A DNA stretch of 64,000 nucleotides, taken from assembly GCA_977017575.1 (NCBI GenBank), contig CDRNVI010000053.1, positions 682,001-746,000 on the forward strand, in the 5' to 3' direction. The translations under genes and the position numbers were made by a program. Shown here piece by piece: positions 1 through 10,095 of the stretch. Each line of letters begins with the position of its first letter. Position 1 is the first letter of the stretch. Origin of the DNA: Paramoeba atlantica. Taxonomy: Eukaryota; Protista; Discosea. The notes beneath the pieces were generated by a model. That model was given only the letters and a program-made list of their open reading frames with translations, made no database searches and had not been told where the DNA came from.

Positions 1-480
1 GAACAAGATCTTGCGTGCTGGGAATATTAAAATCAATGCCAGCAATTGTAGTTTTTTCATTGCACCATCGCAGGTCAAATATGGCGCGTGAATAGGTTTC
101 GTCTTTGAAAACGGCCACACAAATATTTATTTACCCATAAATATTTATTTGCCCACACCTCGAACGACATCGGGTGCAACGGGTCTTAAAACACCGACGT
201 CTGAAAGTGTTTGCAAATGGTTTCGATAGTGAACAGAGTTCGGCGCGTCAAGCTCATTATGAACATCTTCGAATGGCCTAGTCGAGAGTAATTCTACAGC
301 TTGGCGCCCATAGGGGGTTTTTGTGAATAAAGCATGATGGACTTTCATTCCCCCAACATTTATCAATGGACATAGTGGGTCCCTATCGCTCGCGAATCCT
401 CCGCGAGAAGCATTCTCGTATAGCATTACGTCTTCGTAGCATTCTACATAGTGCTGCACAGTGGACACCACTCTATTCAC
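1..480 (-). pseudogene. N-terminal part of a DIRS/TATE-type reverse transcriptase, disrupted
   Basis: ORF 145-480 ends ...LSDVGVLRPV.... A shifted frame below 145 reads VAVFKDETYSRAIFDLRWCNEK...FNIPSTQDLV, resembling RT domains 1-2. A short duplication (aaatatttattt at 121-132 and 139-150) interrupts it. Confidence 0.65.
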
Positions 481-615
481 CAGTTAGATCTGAACTGGTG
501 GGTAATACAGGCTATTACACAGTGGAGTCTAAAAACATTGTCATATCTAAAAGACATATTCTATATCCAAGCATATTTTTTTTTGAATTAAAAGACTTGT
601 TTGTAATGCGTTGCA

Positions 616-1574
616 TTAGGGCATAGAGTATTGCGTTACGGAATATTCAGACATCCACCGTCCACGACGAAGTCTAATTGATAAATCAACTCCTTGTCTT
701 TTCAGATGGCCTTCTCCATCATGGCGAAGACTGTGAAAGCTCCATTTTTGATGCGGGTTCCACTTTAGTTCCGATGCGACCGTATTGATTAATTTGTTTG
801 CCTTAACTTTGTTCCAATTAGAGAATAACAATATACATTGTATATACTATTGTTGTTTTGTAGGAGGTGCCGCAATAGAAGCTTGACCTCTGGCGCTTCT
901 ACAGTATCGACTTCATGGCGTTGACGAGCCTTTCCACCACGAATACGAATTATCGCCTCGTCCGCTATTTCAACATCGTCTCTACGGAGAGCATGTAACT
1001 GACTGTGCCGTAAGAGAGCGTAGAACGCAATCGCATACCCTTGAGCGTAAAAAAGTTCACCCATGTTGCTGTATGCGCGTGTTAATTCTCGAAGCTGTTC
1101 GTAAGTTATCGAGCCTCGGGGTTGGGGGTCCAAGCAGAGACGGCAGGCGCCTTTAAATCGCCTGCGAAAACGGAAAGATTGAGTACAACAGTTAAGATTG
1201 AGTCCAACAGTACAAATGGGCATATCCTCCAATTGACGCCACACCAGTGCCGCCCGAAATGATTCGAGGGTGGGGGCGCGGTAAAAACGAGAAACACTGA
1301 CACAAAATGCAAGAAATGTTTCCTCAGTAATATTTGAAACACCTTGCACATCGAGTAACTCCTCCAGGCGCGAAAAGTAAAATATTCGCTTTTGCGCGGT
1401 CCTTGGGGCTACAGAAAGTTGCGCAAGTCGAAGATGATCTTGATTATACAATGAGCGTTGGATTCCCGACCTAATTTGGGAATCGTTAACACGGCGTCGC
1501 CTATGAACAACCATCTGCTCCAAAAGCAAAAATAGGGACGAGAAAACTAAAATATATGAAATAAAGGAAAGCAC
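616..1574 (-). pseudogene. Tyrosine recombinase (phage-integrase family), split by a frameshift near 830
   Basis: ORF 789-1574 contains FYALLRHSQL (catalytic R) and IRGGKAR (K). Overlapping ORF 616-831 contains FHSLRH (HxxR) and RGRWMSEYSVTQY (W and catalytic Y). Confidence 0.85.
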
Positions 1575-2061
1575 GTCGCGAATATGACGTCTAATGCGAC
1601 GCTCCTATTTTTTAAATTTCTATGCTCATTTTTATGAGCAGAAACTAGATAGTGCTCAAGATAAATCTAAAATGAGCTATAGTGTGAGCTTGCCGACTGA
1701 GAGTATATGGGGATGTATTGTGCTGAATGCTTCATTCATAAAAAAATCGCTGTACGGATAACTTGAGTATGCTTATAGCACAAGTGTTTATAATGATATG
1801 GCGTATAGCACTCTATATTGCGTATATTAATGAAATTTTTGCTCTTATATTTAAAAATACTTTTCCGTTATAAAGTATAATGCATAGAAATATTCGATGG
1901 AGTTCAACAAGTATTCGATGGTGTTCAACTCATGCTACTGATGTGTACTAGGTGAATGTATTCCGATAGTTTTTATTCCGAGTTGTTGTATAAATCCGAT
2001 TACTAATATTTCTACAAAAGAAAAATATTAAAAATATTAAAAAAAAAGAAAAACAGATTAA

Positions 2062-2090
2062 AATTAACGATAAAGATACAGTTTCTGTAC
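2062..2090 (+). ncRNA. Spliced-leader (mini-exon) RNA exon fragment, truncated at the retrotransposon junction
   Basis: aattaacgataaagatacagtttctgtac contains the conserved kinetoplastid SL core ACAGTTTCTGTAC and an AAyTAACG-like 5' end. No GT donor or SL intron follows. Confidence 0.8.
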
Positions 2091-2723
2091 CTTGTTGCTT
2101 TTCTTTCCTACTGACTTACAATACACCAATGAAAGACCCTCGGTCAGGGGGGAAACTGTGGTGTTGTCACTGTGGCACACGTTTTGTCCCACAGAGCCCC
2201 TCCCATCGCTTTCGCGGGAATTGCTCATCCAAATTCGTGTCTCCTCCCACACAACCTGCTATCAGGTCGTATCCGCCGCGCAAGGCTTTCGCACCGAAAT
2301 CACTTCCCTCCCGACGCCCGCAAGAAATCCTGTGTGGGCTGCTCCGCCCCTTTTTACCCAGCGAGACCGTACTTTCGGTGGTGCGAGCCTTGCTCGGTAT
2401 CACAATCGAACGCTTAGTCAGAATCCAAAACATGCGAAGTCCGCTCCTCCTCCTTTACCCCCGCGCGCCATTACTTTAGACGCTGCGATGAGTGTGACTT
2501 GCTACCCCCGCAGAAACGCACCATTGCTTCATCGTCGAAGCCCCCTCGTATCACCGCCTCCGCGAATCACATCCGTAGTGTGACCTCAAAACTTTCGCCG
2601 CAGTCCACCGCCCCCTCCAAGAGAACTTATCGGTGCACATATGCTCAAGCACTCGAGTCACATTTTGGCGAACGTCCGAAGCCCTCTTTCGCTCCAATGG
2701 GCTGAAATACAAGCGCGCCCAAA

Positions 2724-3143
2724 GTGGTGCGACACCGCGCACTTACTCTCGATGAGCGCTTCTCATTAATTGAAAAGGCTCAGAAGGAGTCTCGGCCCCA
2801 GGTTATGAAAAGAACTCGGACGCCTAATGATGGATTCCTGGCCTATATAGAAGCATGCTCGGAAGCACACGAGTTCTCCTCAGCCGTGGCACAGCTGCTT
2901 GTCCAGGAGGAATTGTCCCGACACAAGATTTACGTCGCCAATTTACAGGTCATAAAACAGTACCACATCGCCTTGACCCGTAAACTATCCATCACGAAAA
3001 AGCTGGGGCACGTATGCTCCACATGCAGCAAGCAATTCATGGACGCTTCACTCCTCCACGAACACCAACGAACCCATCTTGAACATGACATTAAAAAGGC
3101 CTTCCGATTAGCTTTGGAAAGAGAGAAGACCCTCCTAGAATAA
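2724..3143 (+). pseudogene. ORF1-like remnant with a C2H2 zinc finger
   Basis: CSTCSKQFMDASLLHEHQRTH; lies inside the element upstream of the RT polyprotein. Confidence 0.5.
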
Positions 3144-3746
3144 AGTAAAGCCTTTGAGACCGTCCTGTTGCCCATGGCCCGGTACTCGGGCCTGCCTCAC
3201 GACAGCCCCGATTCCCCTCTCGAGAAATTTCCGATATCCCCATAGAGGAGTGGATGTACGACGACGACAACGAGCGGGAACCGGGAGACACTAGTATAGA
3301 TGTACGCCTGTGCTTTTCCCCGGACTCCGCTGCAAGTATACAGATAAAACAAATATCTCCCAGCCATTCCCTACAATTCGTCCGCGACAGGGTCTTTGAA
3401 CACCGGTCTGCGCAACGAACTCGTGACCCTCTGCGAAACTCACTCCGGAAACAGCTTTGACCTAGACTGTGCCATTGGACAACTTCCCGCCGGTACCTCT
3501 GTGAGCGCAGCGCTTCAATGCGCTTCCCAACCTAGCACGATCCCTCGCCACAGGACCGCAGTCTTTAGCTATCCCACGGGACGCACCCTTATCGTCATCC
3601 CCAAGATCACACCCCCCGACCGGTATCACTTTGCCCTTTGCAACCAAATCGGGATCGACACGGAATTTGCCTCTGCCTGGAGAGAGATTCCCTCCCAGGA
3701 CGGACCGCTTTGGTGTTACGCCCCAGCCGAAGGCCTGATTGCCAAA

Positions 3747-3815
3747 TCTGGATGGAGTAAAACGCAGATAGATATCGGTCTTATGCGAGGGGGGGTGGAG
3801 GGGAACCCGGGCCCT
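3747..3815 (+). other. 2A-like (StopGo) peptide motif 1
   Basis: SGWSKTQIDIGLMRGGVEGNPGP, in frame in ORF 3396-4172. Confidence 0.7.
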
Positions 3816-3935
3816 CGAAACCCTTGTCCACACTTGTTCAGATTTAAATTTTCTCCGAAAACACAGAACACGTTGCTCCCCCAAGCATTACGCAACCCAA
3901 TTTCCTTTTTTCCCTCCTCGTCGCTCTCCTCCGAA

Positions 3936-4003
3936 ACGGGATGGAGCCGAATGTGCATGAAAACTGAACTTTTTCGGGGCGGGGTGGAACAAAACCAGGA
4001 CCC
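3936..4003 (+). other. 2A-like peptide motif 2, broken by a 1-nt deletion
   Basis: TGWSRMCMKTELFRGGVEQN followed by ca-gga-ccc. Adding one C gives NPGP and puts the upstream ORF in frame with the zinc finger/RT frame. Confidence 0.65.
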
Positions 4004-7000
4004 AACACCTCGTACTCGGCTAAACGATCACTTCTCCTTCAATCTAACGACCGTTCTGCAACCCCCTTTTCCAGCTGGCATCAAGATGAAACCCGGGAAT
4101 GTCCTGCCGAAGGCTGTTCCTGGAAAACGACTTCTCACGGCGGCCATTGGAAGGCCTTTTTCAAGCACGTAGCGACTCGACACGGAGAAACCATCCCGGA
4201 GGATTGGTGGACCCTGCAGGGACGCTTCCTTTGCACCTCATGCGGACGAAACTATGATCTGGGAAAAAAAGACTCCCACCCAGGTACGTGCAGAGTGATC
4301 GATCTCGGCTCCCGCCCTATCATACATCCCCCTGGTACACCATCGGACACTTCCAGTTTCGCCGACGAAAATGCGGTTCCCATCCCGGCGCAGGAAATAG
4401 AAGTCTCGGCCGTGCTGCCCTCCCTCGCTGAAATATGCTCTATCCCCATCAACACCTCCAAAAATGTCCCAGCCCGATGCCGCCAGCAATGGGCAGTTGT
4501 TCTCACCGGGGCTCTGTACGAGGTTGTGAATGACAACACAACCACTTCCTGGACGCTACTTGCAATGCTGCCAAAACGCGTGCTCCCCGCTCCCTATCGA
4601 GGAGGGCGGAAAGGGTTTACATCCTACACTAACTTCGTCAAACAGCGTTTACAACTTTGGCAAGCTCGTGATTTTTCCACCCTCTGGAGAGGTGCTGTCA
4701 ATGGCCTCCAAAAGAAGCGCTCGATGCGCACCCGGGAAGGAATCGACGAAGAGACCCGGTCAGCCGTCCGTGCGGAACTCCTGGCACGATAAAGCGAATT
4801 TTCCAGAGCCATGACTGCGCTAACTGCATCACCTTTAGCACCGAATTCGCCCGAAACACTGTCCAAGCTGCAGGACAAGCACCCCAGTCGTCTCCCGCCG
4901 CCTACTTTCACCCAAACTTTCACTCCAGAGAAATCACATAGCCCCCTACAGCTCTCAGAAAAAGAAGTCGAGATGGCGATTAAAGCTTTTCACCGAGGTT
5001 CGTCGGGAGGTGCCATGGGACTTCGACCAGAACATCTCCGGGAGGCCTTTCTGGTGAATGCCGACTCTAGAGCTAAACCCTTAGCAGCCATTACTGAACT
5101 CGTAAATCTTCTTCTAGCTGGGAAAGCAAATCCCGCTTGTCAACAGTTTTTCGCAGGTGCCCGCCTGTGCGCGCTCCAGAAAGGCGCACACGACGTTCGC
5201 CCCATAGCCGTCGGGGAAACGATCCGCCGCCTCGCCAGCAAAGGGGCCTGTGCCGCGGTAAAATCTAAAGCACGCTCTCTTTTCCAGGGACAACAGTTCG
5301 GAGTAGTCACCGCAGCGGGCTCAGAAATAATCATACACCTCTGTAGGCGAACAATAGCTGCACACGCCGACGAGCCCTATTTTGCTCTAGGGAAGATAGA
5401 CTTATCCAACGCCTTCAACAACGTATCTGGAACTGCTTTTCTTTCCTTGACACTCCAGCACTTTCCTGACCTGTACAAGTGGGTCGAATGGTGCCATGAA
5501 ACCGAAAGCTGCCTTACATACGGATCGCAGACCATCCCTTCTGCAGAAGGGGTACAACAGGGGGACCCCCTTGGACCTCTTTTATTCTCCCTGGCTATAC
5601 AATACTTGGCGACATCAGTCATTAATGAGCTCCCTGAAGAACTCCCCCTCCACGTCTGGTACCTCGACGACGGGGTACTGGCCGGCAAAGCTTCGCTGAT
5701 CCGGCATGCCCTCGACGTTATAGCGCACGAAGGAAAATAGTTTGGTCTCTTCCTAAACTCAACGAAATGCGAAATAGTGTTGAGCTCCTCCTCTGCGAGC
5801 TCCGCCACTTTATTTCCGGACATCCCCAGTTCAAGGATCCACCTCGACGGCAACTTCGACATCCTTGGGAGCCCAGTAGGATCAGAGCCGCATTGTTATG
5901 AGTTCCTCTCCAAGCAAGCGCTGGAACCCGCACAAGCCTCCCTGAGGGCTATAAAGAAAGTCACGGACCCCCAAGTCGCCCTGTCCCTGATACGGCAATG
6001 TTCCGGTTTCTGCCAGTTAGTCTTCTCCCTTCGTACTGCACCTCCACTATTCCTTTCAGAGCTTTGTTCGCGACTCGAAGCCTCGGTCCTCTAAGCTCTC
6101 GAAGACGCCATATGCACGCTAAACCCTTGTAGTCGAGCTCAAGCTCAGCGTAAAAAACGACACGGAGGTTTTGGGTTACACTCAACTTCCCTCCATGCAT
6201 GCGCCGCTTACGTTACCTCTGTAGCCTTCGCCGCGCAACAAGACTACTGGGACCCGGCAGAAGCAGATGGCTTCTGCGAGGCTGCGTCACGCGTTAACTT
6301 CTTAGCGGGTTCACCCATCATCAACTCCGTCACGGTCCAGCTCCTACAGTCCTCGGACCCCGACCTTCCCTCTATTGGCCCCAAGTCAACATGACCTCAC
6401 CAAAGCTATCGCGGCCCATGAATTTCACCTCGCATACAACGTCGCTGACGCACACAAACGAGTAAGATGGATTTCGCAGTCCGGAGAGGGTGCATCAAAC
6501 TGGCTGTTTGCCTTACCGTCGAAGGAGATGGGGTACGCCTTTACGCCCACGGAGTTTCGTGCACTGGCCCGCTGGTGGTTGGGGGCCGACGTGTACCACG
6601 AATCCCGGCCATGCCCCATAGACAAATGTCCTCAGCCCCTGGGAACGGATGGGAGTCACGCCCTTGTCTGCAAGAGCGGTTACGGGTTAATTTCCCGTCA
6701 CAACGCGCTTGCGGAACATTTCTGCGACGTGTGCAGCAAGGCACACCTCGCCCCACAACGAGAAAAAAGCCTGGGGAACTACAGCCCGGGTGGCGGCCTT
6801 ACCAGGCCCGCGGACATTTTCCTGCCGAACTTTGGCTTGGCGACCTCTCTGGTGTTAGACTTCTGTGTGATACACGTTAGACCAATTATACGGACGTGGT
6901 GCGAGGTGCTAACGTGGGAAAAGCAGGATGTTTCGCCGAGAGGTACGCCTCCGAGCACAAAAGTTCGGAGCGTCTGGAGGCGGAGTCCGCGGGGCACAAA

Positions 7001-7184
7001 TTCACCGCAATAGCGGTGGAGTCCTTCGGATCCTGGTCCGACAGTGCCATGGGCATCTTGCGCCAGGTGGTCGAACGTCGCTCTGCAGCATCCCAGGGTA
7101 CCCTCTCTCCATTACGCACGTAATGGCGAGGAAAGTAGGGAAAGTTCGAAGTTGAAAGTTGTAATACTCTAAAAAAAAACAAGC

Positions 7185-7971
7185 ACACGTGCAAGATGGA
7201 TATCAGAGTCCTGAAAAGGTGCCGGGAGCTGGGCTTTCGTGACTCCTTCGCGGACCAAGGGATACGTTTTCACTCCCACAGAGTTCCGTACCTTATCCCG
7301 CTGGTGGTTGGGCATGGATGTCTATCCAGAGGATCGACCTTGTCCAGCAAAAGGATGTGACTTACCACTCCTAAAAAATGGGGAACACGCTCTGATTTGT
7401 AAGAACGGGCACGGTCTCATCACCCGCCACAATGCGGTCTGCCAACAGTTCACCTCCCTCTGCAGCAAGGCCAATATGGCTCCGCAAAGGGAAAAAAGTC
7501 TCGGAAATCGGGGACCCGGAGGAGGTCTCACCAGACCAGGCGATGTTTTTCTTCCCAACTATGAACCGGGAGGTGGCGTGGTTCTAGACTTCGCAGTCAC
7601 TCACGCACAGCAATTGAAGTATTTGGACTCAGTCCGTAATGCTAGCTGGGTGGCTGCGGGGCCTTTTGCTGAACACTTCTCTGAAACGAAAGGGAAACAG
7701 CGCCAGGAAGCGGAAGCGGAAGCGGAAGCGGCTCAGTTACTGTTCACAGCCATGGTTGTTGAGTCCTTCGGCTCATGGAGCAGAAGTACCTTGACGGTCC
7801 TGTGGAAGGTGGGAGCGTTACGTGCCAACGCGTCGAACGGTCTTTTGACACACTCAGGCACGAAACATCCTCTTGCAAGAGCTTAATATCACGTTGATGC
7901 GTTCCCAGGCTTGGATGATGGTCTCCAGGATAGTTGTCAGTGACCCTAACGCCCCCCTTGAAGGCGCTTAG
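7185..7971 (+). mobile_element. CRE-type retrotransposon copy B, 5'-truncated (CCHC + RLE only), different subfamily
   Basis: ORF 7239-7886 parallels 6375-7120 (GYVFTPTEFRTLSRWWLG, HALIC, RHN, RPGDVF, DFAVTH, VESFGSW). A shifted frame continues ILLQELNITLMRSQAWMM to TAG at 7969-7971. Confidence 0.85.
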
Positions 7972-8866
7972 GGGCATGGCGAAGGCGCCATGCGCAGGGC
8001 CACACACCGCTGGCCCGGATGCTGGTCGAGTCGACAGAGTCTATTCTCACGCCTAGTCGGTCAGGGCTAGGTACCCCAAGTGAGGTAGTACACTGGTAGT
8101 GAATCTCCTCCCCGTCGGCCAGCATCCTGTTTCGCGACCGTGTCGCTGTCGACACAGGCCCGCGCCTGCGCCCTCCCATATAACAAGGGAAGGGTTCCCA
8201 AGTCAGGCCGTGGAGAGGTCGAAATAGCAAGCAACACCACGGAATAGCAAGCACACCACGCGCTGTAGATCCAGGCGCGGCACTTGCAGCCGCGATTTCC
8301 AAGAGCGGTTCGGTCGCTATTTATGTTTTTACAAACTCCGTGGCTTGCGGGAGTAGCTGGAGAAGGTCCTCCCGAACAGTCACTCCCAAGCGCTTTAGGG
8401 TGCATACTCCGCGAAAAGCAGATCAAGAGATGCAGCTGTGCTGCCTGGCATAAGTTCTGGAAGAGCTTCGCTCATAAGATAAGGTTAACAGATGATATAT
8501 ACGTATTAGAAGCTACGGATAAGTGCAAGTCTCGCTTTTGTAGACGCATATAGAAGTCGAGATGCTCATGTGATTACTGTGTAACAGTATGAAAAGTTTT
8601 GTTAACGTTCTAAAATAGAATAACGCATATTAGTTTACATAAACCATCCGCAACTTTTCGCTATTCGTCAATCATTTCAGTGGAGCACATACATGTATAC
8701 ATCTATGTACTGTAGGCTCTCTCACTGTGGTTTGTTAGGTCACGATAGACCATACGGCAAAGGGAAGTGACAGTGAGTACATTTTTCTTCTGAACCTGCA
8801 GGTTTCTGAAACGGTTTTCTAACATTGCATACCAGTATCTAGTTTGGACCTTTTAACATTCCGTTT

Positions 8867-9075
8867 TAAGGAGTCTTTTCTCCACTCGCCCCGTGGTCAC
8901 ACCTTCTTCACTCGTATTCAGTGAGAGGCATATTCTAAGGAGTCTGTGCTCCACGCGCTCCGTGGCGCATCTTCTTCACTCGTATTCAGTGAGAGGCATA
9001 TTCTAAGGAGTCTGTGCTCCACGCGCTCCGTGGCGCACCTTCTTCACTCGTATTCACTGAGAGGCATATTCTAAT
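8867..9075 (+). repeat. Three tandem units of 68-69 bp, each with two hairpins
   Basis: Unit taaggagtctgtgctccacgcgctccgtggcgcatcttcttcactcgtattcagtgagaggcatattc; units start at 8867, 8936 and 9004, with a degenerate start at 9072. No spacers. Confidence 0.9.
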
Positions 9076-9352
9076 AAGTCTCCGCTGTACACGCCCGGTA
9101 TAAATTCAACGTATAGAAAAAAAGGAAGACGTATCGCGCATGCGCTGCGTCCCCAGGGCTCACGTCCGACCTTTGCCCGTTGCAGGAAGTGCGCGTGACT
9201 GCCCGGAGTCGGTACTAGTCAAGCATTACTTCCCTGGAACTGCTATCTTATCGATAGTACGCCGACCTTCATTAGACAAAAATAGAGAAAAAAATAGAGA
9301 GAAAAAACAGAGACAGAAAAGGAACCGGTCGTATTGAAATTTTATGAAAAAA

Positions 9353-9463
9353 TACTGATCCCCCACTTAAGAGTCCGGACAATTGTGAGCCCCCGCTTAA
9401 GAGTCCAAATGCCCAAAATCGGCGAAAATGCCCAAAATCGACTCTTAAGTAAGGGGGACAGTA
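9353..9463. mobile_element. Small TA-flanked MITE
   Basis: tactgatcccccacttaagagtc ... gactcttaagtaagggggacagta. The TIR resembles that of the 53521-54339 element. Confidence 0.65.
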
Positions 9464-9611
9464 CCAGAATTTAAGGTAATATACCCCAATTCATGCCATA
9501 TTGTTACAGTTTTGGACGTATGAAGTGCGCTAAAGAGGAAATAATGTCTGTTTTGAAGAGATCTCGGCAGGGGCTCCCGCGGAAAAATATTGCAAGCAAC
9601 TGAAATATCGC

Positions 9612-9699
9612 ATTGTGGAATCTTGTGTCGACCTAAAAAGTCAATTTTGACTGAAATTGTGGAACCTTCTGTCGGCCTAAAAAGTCAGTTTTGACGGAA
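9612..9699 (+). repeat. 44-bp tandem duplication
   Basis: attgtggaatcttgtgtcgacctaaaaagtcaattttgactgaa followed by a near-identical copy at 9656. Confidence 0.8.
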
Positions 9700-10095
9700 A
9701 CTTTTGTTGGAGAAGACGGAAAGGATGGGTCAGAAGAAGAGAATATTAGTAATATTCTAATATTATATTACTACAACTTCTACAATCTATTAAGATTAGA
9801 CGGTCAGCGCCAGTACTACCGGAAAGATGGCTGTTTCAGAGAAGACCACAAGGAGGTCCCGACCATTCTTTCTCATGCTGAGTGTGTCCGGCATCAGTGA
9901 AATTTACTTAGTAATTTACTTATCAAATTACTTAGTAATTTGATTATAAAAATAATCAAATCTTTCTTAAATACAGGTCTTACTATCATACCAAAGTAGA
10001 TACTATAATCTATCCAATTATCTTTATCTCACGAAGAAAATACCAAAAGGGATTGTATCCTTTTCCCCCTTTACATAATGCCCATGCACTGTGCT

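Larger units (their letters stand above)
1..1600 (-). mobile_element. Decayed tyrosine-recombinase retrotransposon (TATE/VIPER-like, DIRS order); YR followed by RT, runs off the window start
   Basis: YR catalytic motifs at 616-1574 followed downstream on the same strand by an RT N-terminal region at 1-480. The YR-then-RT order matches kinetoplastid VIPER/TATE. The 5' boundary is approximate. Confidence 0.72.
3348..7155 (+). pseudogene. Retrotransposon polyprotein: 2x 2A-like, zinc fingers, RT, CCHC, RLE
   Basis: Zinc fingers CPAEGC...HVATRH and CTSC...HPGTC (about 4100-4292). RT motifs RPIAVGETIRRL, KIDLSNAFN, GVQQGDPLGPLLF, WYLDDG, GLFLN, ILGSPVG, GGFGL. RLE motifs RHN and RPADIF. In-frame stops at 4790, 5738 and 6092; frameshifts near 3996, 6380, 6890 and 7100. 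Confidence 0.88.
2091..7179 (+). mobile_element. CRE/SLACS/CZAR-clade non-LTR retrotransposon, copy A (near full length, inactivated)
   Basis: Starts at the SL fragment. Contains zinc fingers, RT (YLDD), a CCHC knuckle and a restriction-like endonuclease. Ends in a short 3' UTR and A9 at 7171-7179. Confidence 0.85.

Noticed and set aside
2092-2230. HDV-like or hammerhead ribozyme at the element 5' end
   Set aside because: Only small hairpins were found; no complete catalytic core or nested pseudoknot could be assembled by eye.
3580-3730. LIVIP...HFAL...D...Q....C resembling a Ulp1 protease as in NeSL elements
   Set aside because: Spacing between the putative catalytic residues is far too short.
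4073-4100. AGIKMKPGN as a third 2A-like motif
   Set aside because: It lies in the out-of-frame tail caused by the 3996 deletion; the true frame here encodes the start of the zinc finger.
4790-6094. Three in-frame TAA/TAG codons in the RT frame, suggesting stop-codon reassignment
   Set aside because: Host genes end normally in TAA, TAG or TGA and have no internal stops, and the element also carries frameshifts. Ordinary pseudogene decay explains it.
8867-9075. CRISPR-like array
   Set aside because: Units are contiguous with no unique spacers, the context is eukaryotic, and there are no cas genes.
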